From the IMG/VR virus record IMGVR_UViG_3300017989_000052: DNA of 64,000 bases, one strand, 5' to 3'. Below the pieces are notes generated by a model. The model saw only the letters and a list, made by a program, of their open reading frames with translations, was not told the DNA's origin and did not search any database. The stretch comes from a virus. Lineage: Duplodnaviria > Heunggongvirae > Uroviricota > Caudoviricetes. This document shows positions 9,043 to 17,656 of the stretch, in pieces (positions within the stretch are counted from its first letter, which is position 1; every line of letters begins with the position of its first letter). The position numbers and the translations under genes were made by a program.

Positions 9043-10377
9043 GTGAACTACTCCCACGTAAACGTAGGAGCTTCTTTCCTAATTAATAACCGTTGGACTT
9101 ACCACCTTAGGTGGGTCCTTTGGTAATAGAAAAGCATGATTTTGGGCAGTCCCTGCCCTACGTAATAATTGTCCTTTTTTCTTAATAACTAAAGCTGCGT
9201 TAATGTCTCTATCATGATGAGTTTTGCAACTTAAACAAGTCCATTCCCTATCTTTGAGCTTCAAATCCTTATTCACCCAATCACAGGCATGACATGTTTT
9301 TGAAGTGTTTCTTGGGGGGACGAGAACTAGTTCTCGTCCATACCAGGAGGCTTTATATTCAATCATAGATTTCAGCATAGAAATAGCAGTGTTAGATGCA
9401 GCAAATGCTAGGTTTCTATTCTTAATCATAAATTGGACTGTTAAATCTTCTAGATAAATTGCTTGGTTTTCGTCAATTATCTTTTTTGAGATTTTATCTA
9501 ATTTATCTTTTCTAACATTTTTAACTTTTTCATGACATCTCGCAACTTTTAGTTTTTGTTTTTTATAGTTGTTTGATCCTCTCTTCTTCTTTGAAAGTTT
9601 TCTTTGATTTTTTCTCAATTTCTTATGATATTTATCTAAATTCTGATGCTTATCATGCTTCTCACCATTATCTTCAATCAAAGCATTTTTGATTCCAAAA
9701 TCTAGTCCGACTTCATTCTTAGTTCTTTTTAACTTCTTCTGCTTTTGATCATGAAAACAAAGAGAAGCAAAATATTTATTAGTTGAAGTCTTTTTGATAG
9801 TGCAAAAAGAAATCTTTCCATTAATTTCTCTATGCCTTTTGATTCTAATTCCTTCAAGGAATGCAGGCATTTTAAGGAGATTTTCTTCAATTTTGATTCC
9901 TTGAGGGATTCTAAAAGACTTTTCAGAGAAATTTCTCTTTTTGAATTTAGGAGGTCCTGCTTTTAATTTTGGACTGAAGAAGTTTTTATATGCTTGGTGA
10001 AGGTCTCTAAGAGCAGCTTGACAGGCTTGAGAATGAATGGTTTTCATCCATTCTAAGGACTTCCTTAATTGGGTTAAAGTTGCTTGGTCTTCCTTATAAA
10101 AAGAAAATTTCAATCCATTTTTATGATGCTCCTTTTTGAGGGCTAAAAAATGATTATAGATAAATCTACGAGCACCAAAAAACTGATCAAATTTCTTGAT
10201 TTGATCTTTTGATGGATAGATTCTAAACTTGTATAATTTAGTGATGGTTGATCTTTTAGACTTTCTAACCATGGTATAAAATTATACATGTTAGAGGATT
10301 ATAACGTAAGGCAAAATTGCTTTTTTGACACAATTCATCCTCGCGCGTGAACGCGGAGGACTTTTTGCGTAGGCACA
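9043..10377 (-). mobile_element. IS200/IS605-family tnpB-only insertion element
   Basis: Right-end hairpin reads gaagctcctacgtttacgtgggagtagTTCAC on the minus strand and ends at 9043; left-end hairpin cctcgcgcgtgaacgcggagg near 10339-10359; candidate TAM TTTAA (minus strand) at 10378-10382; no tnpA. The left boundary is inferred. Confidence 0.75.
9079..10272 (-). CDS. tnpB: RNA-guided endonuclease TnpB
   Basis: YKFRIYP HTH start, RuvC-I VGLDFG, RuvC-II IYLEDL, zinc finger CHAC/CLSC, RuvC-III DRDINAA. Confidence 0.93.
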   Translation of the reverse strand: MVRKSKRSTITKLYKFRIYPSKDQIKKFDQFFGARRFIYNHFLALKKEHHKNGLKFSFYKEDQATLTQLRKSLEWMKTIHSQACQAALRDLHQAYKNFFSPKLKAGPPKFKKRNFSEKSFRIPQGIKIEENLLKMPAFLEGIRIKRHREINGKISFCTIKKTSTNKYFASLCFHDQKQKKLKRTKNEVGLDFGIKNALIEDNGEKHDKHQNLDKYHKKLRKNQRKLSKKKRGSNNYKKQKLKVARCHEKVKNVRKDKLDKISKKIIDENQAIYLEDLTVQFMIKNRNLAFAASNTAISMLKSMIEYKASWYGRELVLVPPRNTSKTCHACDWVNKDLKLKDREWTCLSCKTHHDRDINAALVIKKKGQLLRRAGTAQNHAFLLPKDPPKVVSPTVIN

Positions 10378-10430
10378 TTAAAACTTAACGGATGCAAACA
10401 AAGGGCTGCGAAAACTCGCAAAAGAAATTT

Positions 10431-10787
10431 ATGAAGGAAATCCAGATGAATCTCAGGAAAATAGCAAGTAGTCTTATTGAAACAGTATTACAGAATGTTT
10501 ATAAAAGCTCTGGGGAAACAGAAAAAAAGGTAGAGGAAATCCTTGCCGCCTTGCTAAAAGAAGGAATGCCCCAATTGGTTGAAAAAATAACTGAGCAGGA
10601 AAAAGAAATCAAAAACCTGCGAGCAGCTTTAGGCTATACGTATAACCCGGATTCTGAAGAATACTTATCTTTTGACGAACATTCTCGGACTCTTTGGAAT
10701 GCAGGTAGCCGACCCCCAGACGAAGACGAGTATTGGGCAGACGTCGCTTTAATGCACTATGAGGCGTCAAAAAGAAGAGGAAGTTAG
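10431..10787 (+). CDS. hypothetical protein
   Basis: In-frame ATG at 10431 (or 10446 region) of the 10392 ORF; coiled-coil-like. Confidence 0.55.
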   Translation: MKEIQMNLRKIASSLIETVLQNVYKSSGETEKKVEEILAALLKEGMPQLVEKITEQEKEIKNLRAALGYTYNPDSEEYLSFDEHSRTLWNAGSRPPDEDEYWADVALMHYEASKRRGS

Positions 10788-10789
10788 GA

Positions 10790-11314
10790 ATGAAGGCAAT
10801 ATCACTTTTCAAGACGATTGGCGCGGCAAGTCAGCAGGGCGAATTACACTGGGCTTGGAATGTTTTCACAAAGGACAAAATAACAGAAGATTTTGTTCGG
10901 AAGATATTACTCGACTATCTTATTTATATTGAAGAAGGCAACCTTAGAACAGACATTGATACCGACAATCCTATCTATTTGACAAAGGTATCTGCTTTTA
11001 GAAATTATAACCTTTTTAAGGTTCTCGGGATTAAGAAACAGAAGCTTTGTTATTCGAAAAACTTTTTTTATGAAAAACTTATTCCAGAGGTTAAACGCCA
11101 ATGGAAATTGTTAGGCTTTCTCCCGACCGGATTTTATCCGATTATTTATCACAGAAGACCGAGTATAAAGGATAGCGTTCGACTCGGGGCTAAACTTTTT
11201 GTTACATCAGAGTTAAAAGAAACCCACACAAAAAAACCAAGCATGCAATTTCTCACCCATAAACATAAGGTAATAAGGGACATCACAAAATGCTTAGAAA
11301 ACTCGTCTTTATAA
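10790..11314 (+). CDS. hypothetical protein with C-terminal tag
   Basis: FLTHKHKVIRDITK near the C-terminus. Confidence 0.6.
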   Translation: MKAISLFKTIGAASQQGELHWAWNVFTKDKITEDFVRKILLDYLIYIEEGNLRTDIDTDNPIYLTKVSAFRNYNLFKVLGIKKQKLCYSKNFFYEKLIPEVKRQWKLLGFLPTGFYPIIYHRRPSIKDSVRLGAKLFVTSELKETHTKKPSMQFLTHKHKVIRDITKCLENSSL

Positions 11315-11655
11315 TCGGCTTACTGTTAATCCCGTTAACTGATGTTGGTGAAACCCGAGATGTCTTTCACGGAGATTTACGGCAATACCAAAATGGAGCC
11401 GTTGTTGATATACATGCTGCCTTTGCGGCAATAACAGAATACCAAGAAATAGAAAACCGGGGGCTAACTCCGGAAGATGCCGATTATTATGTTTTACTCG
11501 CACGAGCAAATGAAAGATTTTATGCCGCAATCCGTGTCGTCGCAAGACAGGGAAATTATGATATGATTGCCAGAAAAAATTCGGTAGGGGTACAGAACTT
11601 AGACCTTCCCGATATAACGGAAGCGGTCGTGTCCGAACTAACCGCTGATAAATAA
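11290..11655 (+). CDS. exported protein, OmpH/Skp-like
   Basis: N-terminal signal-like helix; AVVDIHAAF and AIRVVARQGNYDMI resemble the OmpH termini. Confidence 0.5.
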   Translation: MLRKLVFIIGLLLIPLTDVGETRDVFHGDLRQYQNGAVVDIHAAFAAITEYQEIENRGLTPEDADYYVLLARANERFYAAIRVVARQGNYDMIARKNSVGVQNLDLPDITEAVVSELTADK

Positions 11656-11656
11656 A

Positions 11657-12031
11657 ATGGATTATCCAATTCGACATGTCGAATTCCTGAGAAGCAAGAC
11701 TAGGCTTGTTGTGCGGGTCACAGCCGATTTTTATCTTGATTTAGACCAACCGGATGAGTTTGTAAGACAGACGATTTACTTTTCAGAAAAATTTGTACCA
11801 GGGACGCCATATAAATACCCGATTGAAAATAAGTATGTTATTTTTGGAAAATCTGTTCTCTGTCCCTCTTCCCGGGGCCTTGAAGAGGTTGAAGCCGCAG
11901 AACTACTAACTCACGATTCTCCAGAAGTGAGAAAAGCTATAAAACTATACCTTAGCTCTTCCCTAAGAGAATTTGAAGAATTTTGCATGCGGCTGAATTG
12001 TGAAAATATAACATCGGAGGCGTGCCCTTGA
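11657..12031 (+). CDS. hypothetical protein with tag near C-terminus
   Basis: LLTHDSPEVRKAIK. Confidence 0.65.
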   Translation: MDYPIRHVEFLRSKTRLVVRVTADFYLDLDQPDEFVRQTIYFSEKFVPGTPYKYPIENKYVIFGKSVLCPSSRGLEEVEAAELLTHDSPEVRKAIKLYLSSSLREFEEFCMRLNCENITSEACP

Positions 12032-12059
12032 ATTTGGTGAACATTTAAAAGGAAGGATT

Positions 12060-12359
12060 ATGGCCTCTAAAACAAAACAAATCCGCTGGCAACTTTTAGG
12101 TCTTGTTCTGACCCTAAGTTTATTCCCATGTGCTCTTCTGTTGATGCTTTTCATGCTTCTCGGGGCGCTCTCTTTTGCCTATGGTATAGCATGCCTCATT
12201 AGGGTTCCCGGAAATTGGGAATCTGATATACTTTTAATGGCGTTTGGGGTTTTCCTCGTTTTCACGGGCTTCTATTCCCGTAATATACTTAGGTTTTTAT
12301 TGGATAGGATACGCGACACATTTTTTCCGGAGAAGGATTATGACTTTTTACGTAGATGA
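12060..12359 (+). CDS. small membrane protein
   Basis: Two hydrophobic helices; AAGGA RBS. Confidence 0.55.
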   Translation: MASKTKQIRWQLLGLVLTLSLFPCALLLMLFMLLGALSFAYGIACLIRVPGNWESDILLMAFGVFLVFTGFYSRNILRFLLDRIRDTFFPEKDYDFLRR

Positions 12360-13026
12360 AAAAACGGTTGAGTGTCTTTCTGAAGTCCAAGAAAAAATGA
12401 GGAAGTTTGGGGTTTCAGACAAGAAGGTTAGTTGCTTAAGCAACGCAAATACTGCGGAAGAGCGGTTAAAAGCACTTGCGGATGCCGCTAACTCAGTTGA
12501 ACTTAGTATCAACGGGTATATTGCAAAAATTGACGCTGATTCCGAGGATAAAGACCAACGACATTTCATTCGAGTTCAGATGGGGTACCAGAGAGCTTTC
12601 AATTGCACCTGGAGACCCAACTATTTTTGGTATCATAATGAGAGTCTCCTGTGTCCCGACCCACTGGTTAGTTCTGTATTAGAGGCCCTTAGGTATATAG
12701 AAACAGAGGTTGAACCATTCCACTACCTTATTATTCACACGGATTATGGGGATGGGAAACCCCCACGGGTTTCGGTAGAGAAACTAGGAGTTGGTTTCGA
12801 TTCTACCCTTGCGGACTCAAAGAAGCATGCTAATCGATACGCAGGGTACCTAGCTCCTCCCACTACCTGGACAATACCCAAGGTTGAAATCGCAAGCATA
12901 TCCGGAGTTTCAGATGTAACTGAAGCCTTTAACGAAATTGTAGAAAGAACTTTGAGAAGACGGTACTGGTTTAAGACTTTTATAAATAAGATTGCTTCGC
13001 TCTTTAGAAAGAAACAAAATGGATAA
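12340..13026 (+). CDS. hypothetical protein
   Basis: In-frame ATG at 12340 with AAGGA RBS. Confidence 0.6.
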   Translation: MTFYVDEKTVECLSEVQEKMRKFGVSDKKVSCLSNANTAEERLKALADAANSVELSINGYIAKIDADSEDKDQRHFIRVQMGYQRAFNCTWRPNYFWYHNESLLCPDPLVSSVLEALRYIETEVEPFHYLIIHTDYGDGKPPRVSVEKLGVGFDSTLADSKKHANRYAGYLAPPTTWTIPKVEIASISGVSDVTEAFNEIVERTLRRRYWFKTFINKIASLFRKKQNG

Positions 13027-13507
13027 TCTTCCTAGTTACGAAGAATTAAAGGCCCACTCTGAAAGCCTTTTTGAAAAATTCGCAGAGGTTTTTGGCAAAT
13101 CGAAGGCTTTCGAAGTCACCGAAAAACAACAGGTTCGCAAAGACCCTATTATTGACCTCCAAAACAGAAGGCTATATGAAAAATTTACCGAGCTAGGTTT
13201 TCCAATTCGCTCTTTCGGCGATCTTTCTCATATTATCAAATTAATTCAAACCAAAGAAGAATATCAAAAATTGCTGGAGGAAGAAAGCGAGCTTGTCCGG
13301 GAGGAAGTTGAAAAAGAATTTGCGGATTTAGTTAAGTCTTTCCCAGATCAGGACCCGATGTTAGTCGAAGTCATAAACCAGCAAATTTGCGAGTCTTTTG
13401 CTAGCGTCTCAGCAATAGCAAAGTTTCTCAAAATCAAGGTAACCCCACAAAATATCAAACACGCCGTAGCCCGGGTGTTGAAAGTAACAAAGGAACTGGA
13501 AGATTAA
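13019..13507 (+). CDS. hypothetical helical protein
   Basis: In-frame ATG at 13019 overlapping the upstream stop. Confidence 0.55.
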   Translation: MDNLPSYEELKAHSESLFEKFAEVFGKSKAFEVTEKQQVRKDPIIDLQNRRLYEKFTELGFPIRSFGDLSHIIKLIQTKEEYQKLLEEESELVREEVEKEFADLVKSFPDQDPMLVEVINQQICESFASVSAIAKFLKIKVTPQNIKHAVARVLKVTKELED

Positions 13508-13514
13508 AAAATCT

Positions 13515-13543
13515 TGCGTTACTCCTTAGGAAGTCGTTATATT
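13515..13543 (+). promoter_or_regulatory. putative phage promoter (CGTT-N17-TATAT class)
   Basis: tgcgtt-N17-tatatt in an intergenic gap. Confidence 0.6.
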
Positions 13544-13577
13544 TTTAAATATAGCTGGTTTAACCTTGGAGGAAAAA

Positions 13578-14420
13578 ATGTTTCAGATTTGCGACGCCCA
13601 AACCCTTTCGGACCTTTTAGTCCGCCTTAACGATACAACGAAAGATCGTTTACGAAGTGAAGTCGCTGCACAAACTTATTGTGAATTTTTTCTCTCCAGT
13701 AATGCTAAATTTAGAAAAAGGATTCTAAAAGAGGCGGGGGAGGAAGAAAAAGAAATGGCCGACCCGCATAAGGTTATTTCTGTCTTAAAAAATTACGTAT
13801 CTCTAGATTATTACGACTCCACCCTCTATAATGACTCCCCAAGTCTGTGCCTTTTAATTAGAGCTTTTGTAAGCCTAAAAGAGCTTAACTTTGAAGGGTG
13901 TGGAGAAGTTAGGCTTCCTTTAGATTTTATGCTTTCCCCGCAGGGATTGGAGCTTAGTTTTAGGGAAACAACCTTTTGTAGAAAAATTAAGTATGACCTT
14001 ATTTCCTACGAAGATATGGCATCTCGGATAACGCAGATGTTTCGCCGAGAAGAGTTTTTGGCAGAGGCCGAAGCAACTTCAATGTATCCGGCTTTCTTTG
14101 CCGAGTGGGAAGTAATTTGTCGTGTTAAAGAGTATGATTTCCGCCCGCTTCTCAAAGGTATTCTGGAAAAATTGCCCGAATGGAAAAAAGAATTGCCCTA
14201 TGAAAATCTCACTCAAGAGAGCTCTAGGGAACGAAAATATCAAAAGCGAAAATTGCGTATCCAAATGCTTCATTACGACAAACTAATCCCGGATTTTATT
14301 AAGAAGTGGCTTGCCGTCTTAGATTCGGTTGACGGCGATGTCCTGGACTCCCATTTCTTTGAGTTAGTCCTCAAATACCAACGGGAAGTTGTTATTCCAG
14401 CATTAAAAGAAATTAACTAG
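13578..14420 (+). CDS. uncharacterised protein, paralog of 6916..7911
   Basis: GGAGG RBS; shared YDFRP, ENLT, LHYDKLIP/LHFNKFLP and VVIPALK segments. Confidence 0.7.
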   Translation: MFQICDAQTLSDLLVRLNDTTKDRLRSEVAAQTYCEFFLSSNAKFRKRILKEAGEEEKEMADPHKVISVLKNYVSLDYYDSTLYNDSPSLCLLIRAFVSLKELNFEGCGEVRLPLDFMLSPQGLELSFRETTFCRKIKYDLISYEDMASRITQMFRREEFLAEAEATSMYPAFFAEWEVICRVKEYDFRPLLKGILEKLPEWKKELPYENLTQESSRERKYQKRKLRIQMLHYDKLIPDFIKKWLAVLDSVDGDVLDSHFFELVLKYQREVVIPALKEIN

Positions 14421-14429
14421 GAGGTTGTT

Positions 14430-15140
14430 GTGGGTTTATTCAAATCTAAGGATGAGAAAATAAGGGAAGCCGCTATCCAACAGGAGAAACGAGAAATTGA
14501 GCAAGTTCTCCCAAATTCATATACAATAAATGAGGCCGCAAACTTTCTTGCTCGCCTTTTGGGGAAGTTTAATCCTCTTTTCAGCACTGATTTCCCTTCC
14601 CCTATGTTAATCCGCCCTTATAAAAAGGGAGTGTCATTAATTTGGAATAGCCCGAATAGCCCTAATGGGATTCTTAAAATAGATTTTGAGAATTATTTAC
14701 CCGGCCTTGTAATTAGGGAGCCAGATGACTCCCCGTTCACTTATACAACTCTAACAAAACCTATCCGGCGGCGGCACTGTCCGTATACTTGGGTCAAGGA
14801 AGAGTTGACTAAATTCACATTGGTCTTTAAAGGCAACTCTGGTGAATTTCAAGCAAACCTAATACATTCGGGGTTACGCAAAAAATTACATTCCGAGGGT
14901 GCTAATAAAGGGGTAGAGGCAAGCAGAAAAGAATTTAAGGAGGTTACTCTTTCAAAGATTAAGCAAGCCCTACAAAAACAAGCTATTGCATTGGAATGGT
15001 TCTCAGCTAACAAAGCGAAGTTGCCTTTCCCTGAAAAAGAACTACTTTCTTTTAAGATTGAGCGGGGGTATTTCCAAAGCAAAGACCCCAACCCAAAACT
15101 AAAATTCAACGAGCTTACTGGCGAATATATTTACGATTAA
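14430..15140 (+). CDS. hypothetical protein
   Basis: 236 aa, GGAGG RBS with GTG start. Confidence 0.6.
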   Translation: MGLFKSKDEKIREAAIQQEKREIEQVLPNSYTINEAANFLARLLGKFNPLFSTDFPSPMLIRPYKKGVSLIWNSPNSPNGILKIDFENYLPGLVIREPDDSPFTYTTLTKPIRRRHCPYTWVKEELTKFTLVFKGNSGEFQANLIHSGLRKKLHSEGANKGVEASRKEFKEVTLSKIKQALQKQAIALEWFSANKAKLPFPEKELLSFKIERGYFQSKDPNPKLKFNELTGEYIYD

Positions 15141-15152
15141 GGAGAAGGTTCC

Positions 15153-15671
15153 TTGGAAAAAGTCATCTTCCTAGATATGGATGGTGTTCTGGCCTTTGGT
15201 CGTTGGGTAAAAATTGACGACAAAACATACGAAGCAATCATCGAAGAAACCCAGCTTCAAAGATTTGCGGAGCTTATAGAGGCAACTAAAGCAACCGTTA
15301 TTCTAAGTTCTGCCTGGAGACGATGTAAGTCAGATAGAAAGCAAATCAGCGAAGCTTTAGAGTCTGTCGGGGTAGCTTGGGACCCTGAAAATCGGACTCC
15401 AGACACAAAAAACGGAAATAGGGCTGATGAAATCCAGGCTTGGCTAGATAAGCACCCAGAAGTTAAAAAATTCGCTGTTTTAGATGATGACGCAACTGCG
15501 GCAGTCTTTGGAGAGAACTATTTCCAAACGTACTGGCCCGAGGTTTCTAACGAAGAAGTTAAGGCAGACCCAAACTGGGAAACTACTTTTAAGGGTCGTT
15601 TCGAAGTTGCTGGTTTAACCACGGAAGTTGTCAGTAGTGTAGTTGAACATTTAGGAGGTACCAATGAGTAG
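15153..15671 (+). CDS. HAD-superfamily phosphatase (Swiss-army-knife RNA-repair-like HAD)
   Basis: IFLDMDGVL, ILSSAWR, RADEIQAWL, FAVLDD. Confidence 0.8.
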   Translation: MEKVIFLDMDGVLAFGRWVKIDDKTYEAIIEETQLQRFAELIEATKATVILSSAWRRCKSDRKQISEALESVGVAWDPENRTPDTKNGNRADEIQAWLDKHPEVKKFAVLDDDATAAVFGENYFQTYWPEVSNEEVKADPNWETTFKGRFEVAGLTTEVVSSVVEHLGGTNE

Positions 15672-15873
15672 TAGAATCACCATTCCAAAACATATTCTCG
15701 AAGATGGCAAAGAGGAAATCCTGAAATGGTTAAAGGATGCCCCCAATGGACCATATACGTTTAGCGTATGCTTGGGGTGTGGAGGCTATTACGTTCACCC
15801 GGAGACTCCGGAAGACGTAGAGATCGAGTTCACAAAAGAATGTAAAAATTGTTTTATTCCTGAAAAAGTGTAG
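15664..15873 (+). CDS. small Cys-containing protein
   Basis: CLGC and CKNC pairs; GGAGG RBS. Confidence 0.55.
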   Translation: MSSRITIPKHILEDGKEEILKWLKDAPNGPYTFSVCLGCGGYYVHPETPEDVEIEFTKECKNCFIPEKV

Positions 15874-15879
15874 GGTTCA

Positions 15880-16149
15880 ATGGAACATCAATTCCCTTTC
15901 ACCATAAAAACAATTACATAAACATGCTGTTTCTGTCCTTCGCAATGGGAGGGGTATACAACTTGTGGGAAAGGTTTCTATATTAGATACCGGGGTGGTT
16001 TCTTGTCGGCGTCCATTGGGGCTACGACCGACGGCGCGGTTATGGGAGAAGTAATTTTTGCTAAACAAATTGGGGATGCCTTCGACGGCTTTATGGAGGA
16101 AGAAGAGCTATTTAAGCATCTCCAAGACGTTCTTAAGCACCCCTCTTAA
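15880..16149 (+). pseudogene. small phage protein interrupted by an in-frame TAA
   Basis: Reads MEHQFPFTIKTIT*TCCFCPSQWEGYTTCGKGFYIRYRGG...KHPS; single stop at 15919-15921 in an otherwise open 90-codon frame. Confidence 0.55.
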
Positions 16150-16200
16150 AAAATTTTTCAAAAAATGATAATTTTTCGAGAAAATCTTTAAATTCAGGTG

Positions 16201-16335
16201 TATAAATAATTGCTTGACACGGATTCGTAATGATACCTTTTTTAGTCTTGAGGGGGACCGGGGAAGCGTGTGTCAACAAATTACGAATCGTTAAGTGTAA
16301 GAGGGCTTGGTATTCACCCAAGCCCTCTTTTTTTG
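16201..16335 (+). ncRNA. candidate small RNA with pseudoknot topology
   Basis: TATAAATA at 16201; ttgacac(16214)/gtgtcaa(16270) and gattcgtaat(16222)/attacgaatc(16280) pair in A-B-A'-B' order; ends in a terminator. Confidence 0.4.
16299..16335 (+). terminator. Rho-independent terminator
   Basis: aagagggcttgg/ccaagccctctt 12-bp stem plus T run. Confidence 0.85.
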
Positions 16336-16358
16336 TTTAAGCCTCCCACCCCAAATCT

Positions 16359-16387
16359 TACGTAGTACAAAAAAAATTCACCATATT
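16359..16387 (+). promoter_or_regulatory. putative phage promoter (CGTT-N17-TATAT class variant)
   Basis: tacgta-N17-catatt directly after a terminator. Confidence 0.5.
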
Positions 16388-16430
16388 TTTTAAATATAAC
16401 CTAATTGTACTGCCAGGATAAAGCACCCCA

Positions 16431-16682
16431 ATGAAAATTCCAATTGAGAAGCAGCATAGATTATTTAAAAATGTAGGCTCTATCCCATATCTCTATTTTT
16501 CAAAATCCAGAGTCTATTCAATTGGAAAATCAGAACATGCTACCATATATCCGGCAAGGACGGCAACGGAGTACAAGGTAATGAAGGCCGAAGAAGAAGT
16601 CCCCCTAACTACTCTATTAACTCATCCAAGCCCAAAAATAAGGAAGTGGGCGAAGAGGGTCACTAACCAAAAAACCTCTTAG
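16431..16682 (+). CDS. hypothetical protein with C-terminal tag
   Basis: LLTHPSPKIRKWAK. Confidence 0.65.
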   Translation: MKIPIEKQHRLFKNVGSIPYLYFSKSRVYSIGKSEHATIYPARTATEYKVMKAEEEVPLTTLLTHPSPKIRKWAKRVTNQKTS

Positions 16683-16694
16683 GATTAAGTTGAA

Positions 16695-17279
16695 ATGCGT
16701 ATTACAGAAGCTTGTTTTAGTTTCTTTGGTGGCCTTCAAAAAGTAAGGATTCTGCCGAAGTCCCGAAGAACAATTATTATTGGCCATAACGGGTCAGGCA
16801 AAACAACTTTGCTAAAAACTTTATATACATATTTTAAAGGAGACCATATCTTACAGGAAGAAGAGGCGGTTAAAACTGACTTAGAGTTTTCTCGCCTTGC
16901 TTTTGTTTGGGCAGCAGTTGGAGAACAAATAGGGGACGATACAATAAAGGCTCCTATCCTTGGGAATCATAATGATCATTTTGATACCCATGATATTTTG
17001 AAAAAGGTAATTTCAGAATTTGACCTGGACCCAAACAAACTAAAGAAAAGTAAGGCAGGGGGCCATTTAAGACTTTACGCGATGCTTGAAGCTGCGGCGA
17101 AAATTTCGCCGGATGGGATTTTACTTGTTGATGAACTTGGGAGACATTTACAAATTGAGACCCAATATTTATTAGTCAAAGCATTAACAAGCATTCTACC
17201 TGAAGGGCATCTTATTGGGACAACCCATTCTCCATGTGTTCTTTCTAACCGCGATGATGATGAAATCATAACACTTTAA
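16695..17279 (+). CDS. minimal ABC-type (AAA_21-like) ATPase
   Basis: Walker A GHNGSGKT, Walker B ILLVDE, H-loop TTHSP. Confidence 0.75.
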   Translation: MRITEACFSFFGGLQKVRILPKSRRTIIIGHNGSGKTTLLKTLYTYFKGDHILQEEEAVKTDLEFSRLAFVWAAVGEQIGDDTIKAPILGNHNDHFDTHDILKKVISEFDLDPNKLKKSKAGGHLRLYAMLEAAAKISPDGILLVDELGRHLQIETQYLLVKALTSILPEGHLIGTTHSPCVLSNRDDDEIITL

Positions 17280-17281
17280 AA

Positions 17282-17656
17282 ATGTTTGAACCATATACAT
17301 TAGTGAAAATAAAGTTTATCCCTTCCTCCCCATACTCGGTTCAAAGAAAAGAAGAAGAGGAAATCGCCTTTGGAATTTTTAAAAGAATAGCGTACGGAAA
17401 ACACCGTAAAAGTAAAATGTCAAAAATGTATTTTGAAGTTGACACTATTATCCCTACCGAAAACTGTTGGAATTTTGGGGACTCCCCAGAATTTCTTGAC
17501 GATGCCCACCTTTCCCTTTCTAACTGTGACTTCGAGCAGCTTTCTTTTGACGCCGCTCCCGATTTTATTAAAGAACTTTTACTCTCCCCTACTGCACTAA
17601 CACATAAATGCTCGGGTATTAGAGTTTTGGCGAGAAGATTGCAAAATGCTATCTAG
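17282..17656 (+). CDS. hypothetical protein with C-terminal tag
   Basis: ALTHKCSGIRVLAR. Confidence 0.6.
   Translation: MFEPYTLVKIKFIPSSPYSVQRKEEEEIAFGIFKRIAYGKHRKSKMSKMYFEVDTIIPTENCWNFGDSPEFLDDAHLSLSNCDFEQLSFDAAPDFIKELLLSPTALTHKCSGIRVLARRLQNAI

Noticed and set aside
9079-10272. Calling the RuvC protein a Cas12f/Cas14 effector
   Set aside because: No array or cas genes nearby; IS605-type end hairpins flank it, so it is TnpB.
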